Below are positions 1 through 10,817 of a DNA stretch of 64,000 nucleotides, piece by piece. The notes beneath the pieces are model-generated. The model was not told where the DNA came from. It was given only the letters and a program-made list of their open reading frames with translations, and did no database searches. How positions within the stretch are numbered: the first letter of the stretch is position 1; each line of letters begins with the position of its first letter. Source of the stretch: a virus; IMG/VR virus record IMGVR_UViG_3300033463_000097; one strand, given 5' to 3'. The position numbers and the translations under genes were made by a program.

Positions 1-3000
1 TATTGTGTTACTGCAAATGATAACAGTAATAATAACAATACAGATAACGATTGGGTTGCAATCCAAACGGCTGTTGAAGGCCCGTTATTTAGAGGCTCAA
101 CTCAATATACCGGAGGATTGGTTTTAATTTCTAATGGCACTACCGGGCTAGTATCAGAAAGTGGATATAGTATTGGAGCAAGTATACTCAATGGTAATAT
201 TAATAAAATAGCATATTATTCATCTACCAATACTATTGGTCCTGCATCAACTCATTATATAGATAATTCTCGCATCGCAATTAATAGTACAGGAATGCGT
301 ACTACTGGCACAGGAAGTGAAACGTTATATGTAAATGGCGATGCTGCAATTTATGGCGGATTAAGATTTTATAATAGTAGCGGAAGTAATTATTCAGAAA
401 TTTCTTCTACTTTGTCCGCTAATACATCATAGAATGTTTATTTACCAAACTATGCTGGCAATATTTATATTACTCACACTGGTTCTACAACCGCTGTTGG
501 TAGTTCAACATAGCCAGTATATGTTGATACTAATGGAAGAATAACTGCATTGGGATATACAGCAGGTAGACTATATTATAGTGAAAGTACAACATCGTTC
601 GCTGAAACTAGTCATTATGCAACAACTACAAAACTTGCAATAAATGGAGCGGCAATTCCAGATGAAAACAGTCCTACTTTATATGTAAATGGTAATACTC
701 GCATATATGGTAAAGTTATGGAAGGAAATTCAAACACCGTAGCATAGGGCGCTAATTCCCATGCAGAAGGCTCATGGACGATAGCTTTTGGTGATTTATC
801 TCATGCTGAAGGCTATTATACAACTGCTTTTGGAAATGACTCACACGCTGAAGGTTCTGGTTAGTTATTAAACGGAAGTAGTTAGGCATCAATTCAGATA
901 GAAGGCAGCGGACCAAGTTATACTGCTTCAAGTACAATTCCAACTGTTATAAAAGTGGGTATGTTTTTACGAGATGCTAATAATAATGTTAGAAAAATTA
1001 CAGCTATCAATGGGACTACAATTACAGTAGATTCAGCTTTTCCTGGAGGTTCATTAACTAGTGCCACTGTGTAGGTTGGCACTGGAGCAGGAGGCAGTTG
1101 CTCTCATAGTGAAGGAGTAAGAACAACTGCTTATGGTAATTCGTCTCATACTGAAGGAACAAATACAATTGCAATGAGTAGAAGCTAGCACGTATTTGGT
1201 GAATATAATATTATTGATACGACTGGTACAACAAGTACGCAAGGAACATATGTAGAAATTGTCGGCTGCGGTAATAGTGAGGAAAATAGAAAAAATGCCA
1301 GAACATTAGAATGGACTGGTACTGAATCTATTGCTGGAAACTTTTTGCCTATGGCTTCTAATACTTAGGATATTGGTAATACAGATACATATTGGAATAA
1401 TTTATATATTAATAATGAATATATAAATGGTGGAATCGTTAGATCTTAGGTAGAAGTTGATAATAATACTAATTATAAAATTCATCATATTGTTTCTCCT
1501 GGAGGAGGAGCTTTACATCCTAGCCAGTATAGAGGTTTAGTTACCGGGGCTTTAAAAATTAATTTACCAATAAGTTGGACAGGAACAATGCTTCGTTTTT
1601 CAATTGACATTTACGATTCTCGCGCTAATTCTTCCTATACTCATGGGGCCATAGCCACATACGTTATAGGAGGTTATTTAAGAAATGCTAGTGGAACTAA
1701 TAAATGGGAAAGGGTTACCGCATATTCCTATGGCACTGGCGCTAATCATAATTTATCAGTCAGATTTTAGTATGATAATACTAATTCTAAATGTTGTATA
1801 ACCATAGGCGAAATTAATACTTTATGGAATTATCCATAGGTGATAGTTAGAGATATATGCGCCGGTTATCTTGGTAACGAAGCTAGTAGTTTAGTAAATA
1901 ATTGGGATATAAGTTTCGTTAGCAGCTTTACCGGTTTAACTGAAACCGCTAATACAATAGTTACTAATCCAGCATAGTTTGGTGCGTCTATATTTAAACC
2001 TAATTCATCTGGTAATTTTGTAAGAAATTGGTATTTTATTGGCGCTGGCAATGGTAATATAGGAGTTTTTCCAATTAATACTCGAAAAGAAAATATTTAT
2101 ACTCAAAATGCTTATGGTATTGATAATTGGTATATATATAGTGCAGGATCAATGCAAATTGATCAATATACTAATGATAATTTTAATACTTTGCGTTTTA
2201 ATGGTAATTCTACAACTAGTGGTAGTATAATGCGTTAGATATTATTACCAAAAACATTAGCGATAGGAAATACATATACTCTTACTGTAAAAGTAAGTGG
2301 TATTTAGACGGGAACTCCCCAGGTTTCTGCGGCGTTAGTTGGTTTTAATGCAATAAATCAAAGTACAATTAATCAAATGGGATCAGTTACACTTAATCCA
2401 GGTGTTAATACAGTAACTGTAACTATAACATCTAGTAATTTAACTTCTAATTATTTAGGTGTTTAGATTACATCTCCAAAAGCTGATAATACTCAAGCAA
2501 TTTGGATACAAGCTATTAAAGTAGAACAAGGTTCTGTTTCAACACTATGCGATTAGTCTACTGGAAATTTATTAGATACTCCTCAATATAATGAAGAAAT
2601 ATATAGATGTAAAATAGGTTTTTTAACTTATGAAGAATAGTTATGGGTTTAGGGATCTGGAATTTTTGAAGGGAATCTTTAGACTGGAATAAAAACTTCC
2701 ACCTCACAAAGAGCTATTAATTTATTTACTACTGGAGGACAAATATCTTTAGTAAATAATGTTGGTGATACTAGTGAAAGAGGATTATATGTAAGAAATA
2801 AAACATAGCAAGAAAATAATTCTACTGGTGCGTGGGTATTTGCGGTTAATTAGAATAATGCAATTAGTAGGCTTGCAAATTTTGAAACAAATATAATTCC
2901 TAACGCACATAATACATATACTTTAGGTGCAAGTGGAACATCTTCAACATAGAGACATTGGAAAGATGCATATATAGTTACTACACATGGTTCTTTAGAT

Positions 3001-4302
3001 GGTAATGCTACTACGGCAACAACACTATAGACTGCAAGAACTATAACTATTAAAGATAATTCTGGGACATATAGTGGGGATAGTGTTTCATTTAATGGTA
3101 GTGCAAATATTATTTTAAAGATGCCAGCGACTATTGAAGCAACTAAATTAAAAACCGCAGTAAATTTAACGATAAAAGATAGCGATTCTTCAAACTCCGG
3201 AACAGCCGTTTCATTTAATGGCTCAGCCTCGGTAAACTTGCTTTTACCAGCGACTATTAAAGCGACATTACAAGGAAATGCTTCTACTGCATCAGCTTTG
3301 AGTCCAGGGAGAACTATTAATGGTACTACTTTTACTGGAGCAAGCAATATTACTACTGCAAATTGGGGTACTGCACGAAATATAACAATTGGAAATACCA
3401 CAAGAGCCGTTAATGGAAGTACAACCTATTCTTGGTCATTAAGTGATATTGGGGCAGCTGCCGCAACTCATACTCATAGTTATCTTCCACTCGGTGGAGG
3501 TATTATGACAGGATCTATTGGATATAACCATAGCACATAGAAAGGAACAGATCCTAGCTCTGCAGAAAGCTGGGCAATTAATTTAAAAGATTCTACAGGT
3601 CAAAACAATAATAGCCATTTTATGGCAAGGCTTTATCATGGGTTAGATGCAACTAATGGAAATAGAATTGGTCTTTATGTATATAAACCAGTTGCTGGTA
3701 CAACTAATGCAAGTTTTGTTATGCAATATATTAAAACCAATAGTGTTGCAGTAACAACCTTAGCAGGTAGTATATTAAAAGTTACATATACTGCCGATGC
3801 AACTAATCTTACATCAGGAGCACTTTAGGTATCTGGAGGTATTGGATGTGCAAAAACAATTCGTGGAAATCTTGTTTATGGAGCAGTCTGGAATGACTAT
3901 GCTGAATTTAGAAAAACAGAAATAAAAATAGAACCAGGTAGATGTATTAAAGAAATAGGCAATGATTCACTTGAATTAACTACAAAGCGTTTAGAACGAG
4001 GATGTGAAATAGTATCTGATACATTTGGATTTGCTATAGGTGAAACAGAAGAGTGCCAAACTCCAATTGCATCTAGTGGGCGTGTTCTTGCATATCCATA
4101 TGAATCTCGTGAAGAATTCGCTAAACACATTGGATGGGCAGTATGTTCTGGCCCAAATGGAACTGTTTCAATTATGACAGAAGAAGAGGAAGAAAAGTAT
4201 CCAAGTCGCATTATTGGTACAATTTCTGCGGTTCCCGATTATGAAGAGTGGGGCAGCGGAAATGTAAAAGTTAATGGGCGAGTTTGGATTCGTATTCGAT
4301 AA
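1..4302 (+). CDS. Giant tail fibre / receptor-binding protein (5' partial). Frame 1 reads through about 25 in-frame TAG codons and ends at TAA 4300-4302.
   Basis: All + strand track ORFs in this region (118, 550, 1588, 3121, 3622) are in the same frame. That frame has no TAA or TGA for 4.3 kb, only TAGs. The protein has fibre-like repeats (SHAEG..T.A.GN.SHxEG; TLYVNG..IYG) and a C-terminal region resembling the intramolecular chaperone of endosialidase-type fibres. Confidence 0.75.
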
Positions 4303-4312
4303 ACAAAAAAAA

Positions 4313-4346
4313 GGGAGTAGGTTAATATCCTACTCCCTTAATTTTA
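4313..4346. terminator. GC hairpin gggagtag/ctactccc followed by a T-run, shared by convergent genes
   Basis: The stem is 4313-4320 / 4330-4337 with the loop ttaatatc, followed by ttaatttta. Confidence 0.6.
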
Positions 4347-4642
4347 TTAAATATCCTATTTGTAACTTCAATAATTTCTTCGCCATAAGTCGCAATCAAA
4401 TCTGCCACTAATTCTTCCTAATCAACTGTCATATAGACTTCATAACTAAACATTGCAGCGTGCGTAATTTCATGACATAGAACCTTTTTGAGTTTCCAAC
4501 TAGGTATATTCCAACTAAGATAAATGGTCTTGGTATCGTCATCGCAAGCCGCGAGCGCATATTCCCCATTCTATCTCTTTACTTTTGGATGGTTTGGTGA
4601 AACTCTTTTAATGTTCCACCAAACCCCGTTAATATTAAACAT
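4322..4642 (-). CDS. small HExxH (HEITH) metallopeptidase-like protein (ImmA/IrrE-like), 2 in-frame TAG
   Basis: Hand translation gives MFNINGVWWNIKRVSPNHPKVKRqNGEYALAACDDDTKTIYLSWNIPSWKLKKVLCHEITHAAMF..., where q marks an in-frame TAG here and in the other hand translations. The gene overlaps the next one in a different frame. Confidence 0.4.
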
Positions 4643-5186
4643 TTTGTAACTTTGTTACCAAAGTATTCATTTTACGCTATAATAGTGTCTTCTCTTCTGG
4701 AGTGGCGCCCGCAATCATTTCAGTAATATCACTAGTCAATTCTTTCATATATTCATCTAGTTCTTGCATTTTCTTTGGCTAATCATGATTCATTTCTTTT
4801 GATTCCATATACATCTTGCGCTTTTGGCCGGCGCGACCTTCTCTATCATCGTGCATCATAGGATACATTTCTTCATAATAGTGAGTGTCGCCTCCAGAAG
4901 GCTAACCATCATAGTACATTCTACCATGGCGATAATCTTTATCTCTTTCGCCATATGGATAATATGGTAAGTATTTCTCCATATAGTAATATGTGCGTTT
5001 TTCATCGCCGTCTTCTTTTGCTTCCTCCATCGCTTTAACAACGGTGCAGTAGTAAATAGATTTAGATAAATCATAAATCATATCAATAACTTCGCCAAGT
5101 TCTTTTGTATCAACGCAGCGCAAGTCCACCATTTGAGTTTCAACTTGTGAAATTAATTGATCTTTTATCGTTTTCATTCTTTCCAT
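4635..5186 (-). CDS. hypothetical Tyr-rich protein, 3 in-frame TAG (extends track ORF 4902..5186)
   Basis: The codon after 4902 is cta (TAG on the minus strand). The same frame continues to TAA at 4635-4637. An RBS gagaggg lies upstream of the ATG at 5186. Confidence 0.5.
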
Positions 5187-5218
5187 TATGCAACCCTCTC
5201 AATCATAAAGTTTGCATT

Positions 5219-5611
5219 CTAGACATCTACTGGAATAGTGCTTGTATTTTCAACACTAACCTGACTGCAACATCCAACAGGAACATCAATAAAAATGCCA
5301 GCACTGACATTATTATATTCTTCAACGGCTGCTGGAGTTGAAATCATTGTTGAAGTAGCAACTGGTTCACCGTTAATTGCAATTGCTAAAGAAATAGGCC
5401 CTACTGTTTCGCCAGTAGGAACAGCGATATTAGCACTAAAATTAACGAGGAATCTTGCGCGAAGCTGTCCATTTGTCAGCCCGCGCAAGCCAACCAGTCC
5501 ACTACCCTCTCTATGTATCATAGAGATATTACCTGGCACAGCAGTTTCGGTAAAAATAACTACCTAACCCACACCAACGGTTTGAATAGCATTAGCGGTT
5601 ATTTCCATCAT
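5219..5611 (-). CDS. hypothetical (possible structural protein), 1 in-frame TAG
   Basis: A GGAGG RBS precedes ATG 5611. The track ORF 5219..5539 is the C-terminal part of this gene, in the same frame. Confidence 0.5.
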
Positions 5612-5623
5612 GTATCCTCCTTA

Positions 5624-6412
5624 TCAAGCGACAAAGCCATTGCTTAAAGCGCCGCCATAGAGGGCATTATAACCATATGTGCCATAAATACCAGTGTAGG
5701 GGTTAGCTACAAGGTATGCTGGCTGTGCGGCAGGACGCAATGCGTCAATGAGATAAGCATTTTGCTCACTCTGAGAAATTTGGCCCTTAAGAGCCTGATT
5801 TTCAGTTTGAAGAGCGGTAATGCGGTCTTGTACTAAGAAGTCAAGAATAGCACGAGTATTATTGTTAGCATTATCAATAATATCACGAGCGCCAGTTGTA
5901 ATAGCAGCACGATCAGCGCACGCCTCTGTTGCCAGATTGTAATTGAGAGCTGCAAAACCATTAGAGATATTATTGTTTGTCTGGCAATTGCCAAGCTGTA
6001 AAGCAGAAGCATTTGCTGCTAACTGACTTTGGATAGCATTAGTATTTTGTAATCCAGATACTGTACCTGCATTAATAGCCTGAATTGTTTCAAAACCACT
6101 ATTGGCGATTTGAGCCTGTGTGCCCATTAATCCCTGGTTAACTGAAGCAAAACCACTGCAAACACTACTACTAAGATCACGTATTCCGCTACTAATTCCG
6201 GCAACATCAAAGTTATATGCTACATCGGCAGTTACATTACCGGCGCCTCCGCCGTAACCGCCCCAACCATTTCCCCATCCGCCAAAAGCGAATAAAAACA
6301 GTAGGATAATCCACCAGCCGCCGGCGCCAAAACCATCACCGAACATGCCACCGCGGCCGCCAGAAACGGCAGCAATGTCAGATAAACTATAACCTTCGCT
6401 AGAATTGAACAT
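5624..6412 (-). CDS. glycine-rich membrane-associated protein (GGWGNGWGGYGGG segment followed by a hydrophobic stretch)
   Basis: This is the intact 262-aa ORF, with a GGAGG RBS. Function is unknown. Confidence 0.55.
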   Translation of the reverse strand: MFNSSEGYSLSDIAAVSGGRGGMFGDGFGAGGWWIILLFLFAFGGWGNGWGGYGGGAGNVTADVAYNFDVAGISSGIRDLSSSVCSGFASVNQGLMGTQAQIANSGFETIQAINAGTVSGLQNTNAIQSQLAANASALQLGNCQTNNNISNGFAALNYNLATEACADRAAITTGARDIIDNANNNTRAILDFLVQDRITALQTENQALKGQISQSEQNAYLIDALRPAAQPAYLVANPYTGIYGTYGYNALYGGALSNGFVA

Positions 6413-6424
6413 TTAAGTTCCTCC

Positions 6425-6661
6425 TTATAATCCAAATTGTTGTTTGAATTTAGCGAATTCAGTATCAAAGTCGAGACCTCTTTGAGCACATAAATTGCGA
6501 GCAACTTGTTCAATTCCTTTACCATCATTGTTCTGCGCCATTTTTAGTAGATTCTAACCCATTGGCGTATTACCCATTCTTTGTTCTAACATATTCATTG
6601 CTAATTGCTGAGGATTTTGTCCTCCTCTTATCGCTGCTATAAATTGCATTATGTTCTACAT
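6425..6661 (-). CDS. small hypothetical protein, TAG as 2nd codon and one internal TAG
   Basis: GAGGAGG RBS with 7 nt spacing to ATG 6661. The frame is continuous to TAA 6425-6427. Confidence 0.45.
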
Positions 6662-6675
6662 TCAGAAACCTCCTC

Positions 6676-7062
6676 TTAAAATCTGAACTCTTCTTTAGAA
6701 GTCTGCTGCGATTGAGTTTGATCAGGACTCTTCTCAACAAGATTAGTCTATGCTAATGCCTATTTAATTGCGGTTAATGCAGAATTAAATTCTTCTCGCG
6801 TTACGTATTCATTCCCCGCCGGGGCGGTTGGAATATCTTTTAATTCATACATATTTAATGCTGCGGTGCCGTCCAGATTGCATTGTTTAGTATAAATCTT
6901 CCCGTTGGCCAAATCGGGAAAAAATGTTACCGAGCCATCAAAATCGACCGCCGCCGCTCTTACTTCTTCCAGTCCAGATACCGGACGCCCCTTTAATCCT
7001 ATCATTTGCCGAGCCGTTGTATTTGGTGGAGTATAATAATAATTTTGTGGTTGATATGGCAT
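6676..7062 (-). CDS. hypothetical protein, 2 in-frame TAG after track ORF 6760..7062
   Basis: AAGGAGG RBS. The stop listed at 6760 is cta (TAG on minus). The frame continues to TAA at 6676. Confidence 0.55.
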
Positions 7063-7404
7063 TACTGACTAAACCTCCTTTTTTATAAAATTCATGGAAT
7101 TTCTTCCACTACTTCATAAAATTTCGGATAGCAAATTTTACCAAAAACGCCCAAAATTTTCCGGAAAAAATTGGAAACGGGCAAAAAGTATCAAATTATC
7201 TCTCATAGAAATTAATAAGTATAGTGAGAGTAAAAGGAGAACTTAGAAAGGAGTTGAGTGTTCTTGATTGCAGAAATAATAATCAAATACTGGGTACAAT
7301 GGGTTTGCGCTCTTATTGCTGGTGGTGTCATTCTATTTGCGAAACACTATGTTAAATTACAGAAGTAGTCTATGGAAGAAAAATGGAAAGAAAAAGAAAA
7401 GAAT

Positions 7405-7746
7405 ATGTGTGGTAAGATTATTACCACAATAGAAGAAGAAATTAAAAAAGTTGAATCTGCTTCTAAAGAAGAAGATTAGAAAATCCATTGTGAATTAGAT
7501 GAAGTTCATACTGACATAGATATTGTTAGCTCAGGAGTACTCTCTATCTAGGGTAAGCAGTTTAGAGATTATTGTGAATATCTTTTATAGGCAGGACATT
7601 ATATAACCGTTGATGAATATGAAGAGTTTGAATCTGAATATGAAGTATATAAATGCCTTGGCGGCAATCACCGTGGCGATGCTCTACATGCTAGAGTAGT
7701 AGATAAGGTCCAAGCACAAATGCGTGCAGAAAATAAAGTTGAATAA
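7405..7746 (+). CDS. acidic hypothetical protein, 3 in-frame TAG
   Basis: Frame 1 from ATG 7405 to TAA 7744 reads MCGKIITTIEEEIKKVESASKEEDqKIH... I tested ATG 7373 as a start and it is out of frame. Confidence 0.45.
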
Positions 7747-7750
7747 ACTA

Positions 7751-7792
7751 AAAAAGGGGCGGTAGTCAATTAAGACTACCGCCCCTTTTTTA
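7751..7792. terminator. bidirectional intrinsic terminator (ggggcggtagtc / gactaccgcccc, flanked by A-run and T-run)
   Basis: A perfect 12-bp stem sits between convergent genes. Confidence 0.65.
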
Positions 7793-7795
7793 GTT

Positions 7796-8206
7796 TTACG
7801 CAGCAATTTTTATCATCTTATTTTCTTTAACTGCTTCTTCAATTTTTGTTTTAATATATTCATCCAAATCGCCGATAGCCTCACTTAAATATCTATCGGC
7901 CTCTTCTGTCATTGTAACAATGATTGTTTCATAGACACGCTTAAAAGCCTCTTCTTGTGCTTCTTTTGTAAATGCATTCTTTTCTTTAAGAGCATCTACA
8001 TAAGTTTGATTAACCGCAATTACCGCAGAAACAATTGTGTCATTCAACATTTCCACATACTTCTGGACTTTTTGGTCTTTTGCACTGGCCTTGATTTCAT
8101 TTGCCTTTGCATTAATCCATTTTACTGCATATCCAACAAGAGCAATTAGAAGTGGAATTAACACTGTCTAAGTAATAGTTTTTAATAGTTCTTGAAAGTC
8201 TGCCAT
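7796..8206 (-). CDS. membrane-anchored protein, Holin_LLH-like (one N-terminal TM, then a charged helical tail), 1 in-frame TAG
   Basis: The protein reads MADFQELLKTITqTVLIPLLIALVGYAVKW... A GGGGAG RBS precedes the start, and the frame matches track ORF 7796..8164. Confidence 0.4.
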
Positions 8207-8207
8207 A

Positions 8208-8696
8208 TTATTCTCCCCAATCATAAGAATTGTTTTGTTGTTTTATTATATGGGCTCCAATACATATAGCATCACATTCATCTTGTGTAGGAGTAACACC
8301 ATAGTTTGTAGTAACCCACTATTGCGCGGCGCGTTTTTGTTCGGGACGGGTTTTACCCTTTATACCAAGAGTAGATTTCCATGTTCCGGCAAGAACCGCC
8401 GTATTTTTTATTTCCATATCAGTAAATAGTTCATAACAAACTCCAAATACTTCGGCAAGTATTTTAAATGTTGAGACATTGTTTATTCGCTATCCATCCA
8501 TATATATATCTTCAAAAGCGACTTCATCAATATCAAAATTCATAATTAATTCCGCGATGCGGTCCCGCAACTAATTCAGCCGCAGACCTATGTCGTCAGT
8601 TGTCAAATCAATCTTACCATACTCTTGGAGTTCGCCATCTTTAAAATAAGCCCATCCGGTTATTCTGCTGCTTTGGTCTAGCGCAAGCAGTCTCAT
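8208..8696 (-). CDS. ruvC: RuvC-like Holliday junction resolvase, 3 in-frame TAG
   Basis: It begins MRLLALDQSSRITGWAYF and contains VAFEDIYMD and DECDAICIGAHII, carrying the catalytic D, E, D and H residues. The ATG overlaps the dut stop (ATGA). Confidence 0.7.
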
Positions 8697-9262
8697 GATG
8701 TAGAACCAAAACCGCCTTTACGCTTTTGATAACGCTCTTGGAGAGCAATATCATCTTCGGTAATTAGGTAAGGCAGAATAACACCTTGACCTATACGGTC
8801 TCCTTTTTTGAGCTGAATATCAAATGGAGAAAGATTAATCAACTGGAATTGAATATGACCTTCATTATCTTCGTTATTGTAATAATCTCTGTCGATAATA
8901 CCTACTCCATTAGCAAGAATTAACCAATTTTTTAGCGGGGTAGATGAACGAACACTTATTTGTAAATAAGTATCATGGTCTAATTTACACTTAATTCCAG
9001 TAGGAACAAGTGTTGGACGGGCCTTTGTGGTTTTGGTTAAATTTGCCAGTTCTTCTAAATTCAGGGTTAGACGATTATGATAAGTATATTCTTTTTCATC
9101 GGGAAGATATGAGAAATATATCTTATCTTGATGCCCGAGAATACTCGGTACCACAGTATCTTGCGCGACGAAAAAATCATAACCTACGCTACCATCTGTT
9201 GCGCGACGCGGCAGTAATTCTTTATTATCTTTATAGTCGGTAATTAGTTCAAACTTACTCAT
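8693..9262 (-). CDS. dut: dUTP diphosphatase
   Basis: dUTPase motifs are present (RSS, GIIDRDYYNNEDNEGHIQFQLINLS, RIGQGVILP). Confidence 0.85.
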   Translation of the reverse strand: MSKFELITDYKDNKELLPRRATDGSVGYDFFVAQDTVVPSILGHQDKIYFSYLPDEKEYTYHNRLTLNLEELANLTKTTKARPTLVPTGIKCKLDHDTYLQISVRSSTPLKNWLILANGVGIIDRDYYNNEDNEGHIQFQLINLSPFDIQLKKGDRIGQGVILPYLITEDDIALQERYQKRKGGFGSTS

Positions 9263-9525
9263 TAAAACTGCACCTCAAAATCCTTTACATTATAACTTAC
9301 GTCAGCCTGCACTAAGGGGTCTTTTTCATCAGTAAATACTTTGGTAAGACTTAATCTATACCATTCGTCAATTACTTCACCCTTTGCTTTCTTTTCCTTT
9401 TTAATGCAACTATATTTAGCAAGGATAAAACTTGGATTACTTTTCTCTTCTTCGATAATATTTTTTGCTTCGTCAGCATCGTCAACGCGATATGTTTCTG
9501 TAGTTGAAATTAAATATTTAGACAT
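9262..9525 (-). CDS. hypothetical protein
   Basis: Intact 87-aa ORF in the operon. Confidence 0.45.
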   Translation of the reverse strand: MSKYLISTTETYRVDDADEAKNIIEEEKSNPSFILAKYSCIKKEKKAKGEVIDEWYRLSLTKVFTDEKDPLVQADVSYNVKDFEVQF

Positions 9526-9836
9526 TAAAAATCTCCTCCGATTGGATTAATATATACTTCTACATTATTATATGCAAAATTAGTCTTATTCTTTAATATG
9601 TTTTGCCTTACTCTTTCAATATGGGTAACTGGGCCGTATAATGCCACTGTTTTAATCTCAACATTCTTACATAAGTCTGAGATTGTTTCTGCGGCATGAA
9701 TAAATGGAGTTGTTTCTTGAAATAGAGTATGTCCTTCGCCAAGCACATAAATAGTGCAATTCAAATAACCATTTTGGTCTAGTTTACAAACTATTGATTT
9801 TGATTTATCCATGATAATAAACACATCCTTCATCAT
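9525..9836 (-). CDS. hypothetical protein
   Basis: Intact 103-aa ORF. Confidence 0.45.
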   Translation of the reverse strand: MMKDVFIIMDKSKSIVCKLDQNGYLNCTIYVLGEGHTLFQETTPFIHAAETISDLCKNVEIKTVALYGPVTHIERVRQNILKNKTNFAYNNVEVYINPIGGDF

Positions 9837-10311
9837 AAGGAATTAGTATAAACATTTTAGAACCTTTATCAGTTTTTAGCCAAATCTCAGCATATCCTTC
9901 ATAAATATCATATCCTTTTAGCGCACCAACGTAATGCATACAATCAACAAGAGAATCGGCAAATGAATCTAATGTATCGTCATCTCGCTGAAAGATTGTA
10001 ATATATTTATAATCATGCTGTAGAAACACCAATGTCTTATAGGCTTCTGAAAATTTGCCAATATCTTCTTTAAACTTTTCAATATCTTCGAAGTCTGGCA
10101 TTTGGTCCATAAGTTGCTCGTTCAATTCCATTAGCGAGAATGTAATTTCGCTACCAATCGGAGCAACCCAATCCCCATCTTTATATGTAAATACTTTATG
10201 ATTTTCATCTACAATTGCGGTATCGCCTTCAGTAAAATGGTGCATAATCTTCGGGATAGACCGCAATATTTTTTCTGTTTCATAATGATATATAGCCAAA
10301 AATTTCACCAA
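9805..10311 (-). CDS. hypothetical protein
   Basis: Intact 168-aa ORF with a promoter directly upstream. Confidence 0.5.
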   Translation of the reverse strand: MVKFLAIYHYETEKILRSIPKIMHHFTEGDTAIVDENHKVFTYKDGDWVAPIGSEITFSLMELNEQLMDQMPDFEDIEKFKEDIGKFSEAYKTLVFLQHDYKYITIFQRDDDTLDSFADSLVDCMHYVGALKGYDIYEGYAEIWLKTDKGSKMFILIPYDEGCVYYHG

Positions 10312-10323
10312 CTTTTTTCTTTT

Positions 10324-10352
10324 ATTATATCATATTTTTTTTATTCATGCAA
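10324..10352 (-). promoter_or_regulatory. sigmaA-type promoter TTGCAT-17-TGaTATAAT
   Basis: The reverse complement gives TTGCATgaataaaaaaaatatgaTATAAT upstream of the 10311 start. Confidence 0.55.
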
Positions 10353-10364
10353 TTTTATAATTCT

Positions 10365-10817
10365 CTAATTTGGACTCCCGCGCATCTCCAACGTAATATC
10401 TCTGTTGGCCAATTCAAAACGGCCATCTATCAAAACATCAGCCATTTCTAATATATGATTTAATTTTGTTTCATTACGAGCTTGAAGTTCCTCGTAGGTA
10501 TATCCAGTCCAAATATAAACTGTGACCATAGGGAATTTTTCTTTAACGCTAGCAACTACTAATTGTGTTAAAAATAAATTTTCCGGACATAAAGGTTCTC
10601 CGCCCATAATACTTAAATTTCTTTGAACACCATTTTTATCCATTGATTCAATAATTTCATTTAATGTATCGCTAGTAAATTCTTTACCACCATCAAAATC
10701 CCATGTCTCTGGATTATGGCAGCCGTAGCAATGATGCGGACACCCCTATGTAAAAAATGTGAGATTTATACCTTTTCCAGCGGCAATATCATTTTTGATA
10801 ATTCCTGCGTAACGCAT
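10365..10817 (-). CDS. nrdG: anaerobic ribonucleotide reductase activating protein (radical SAM), 1 in-frame TAG
   Basis: The N-terminus reads MRYAGIIKNDIAAGKGINLTFFTqGCPHHCYGCHNPETW (CxxxCxxC motif). The C-terminal part matches track ORF 10365..10643. Confidence 0.8.

Noticed and set aside
4200-4302. Tail fibre C-terminus as an active S74 self-cleaving chaperone.
   Set aside because: The region is similar, but the expected Ser-(x4)-Lys dyad spacing is not matched (NDYAEFRK). I report it only as a resemblance.
7200-7360. Small Cys-rich ORF (LSVLDCRNNNQILGTMGLRSYCWWCHSICETLC) after an AAAGGAG RBS.
   Set aside because: It is very short, lies in a divergent promoter region and shows no conservation signal. 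It may be real but is not supportable.
7373-7375. ATG 7373 as the start of the + strand gene.
   Set aside because: A careful frame check shows it is out of frame with the coherent reading frame that ends at TAA 7744. The in-frame start is ATG 7405.
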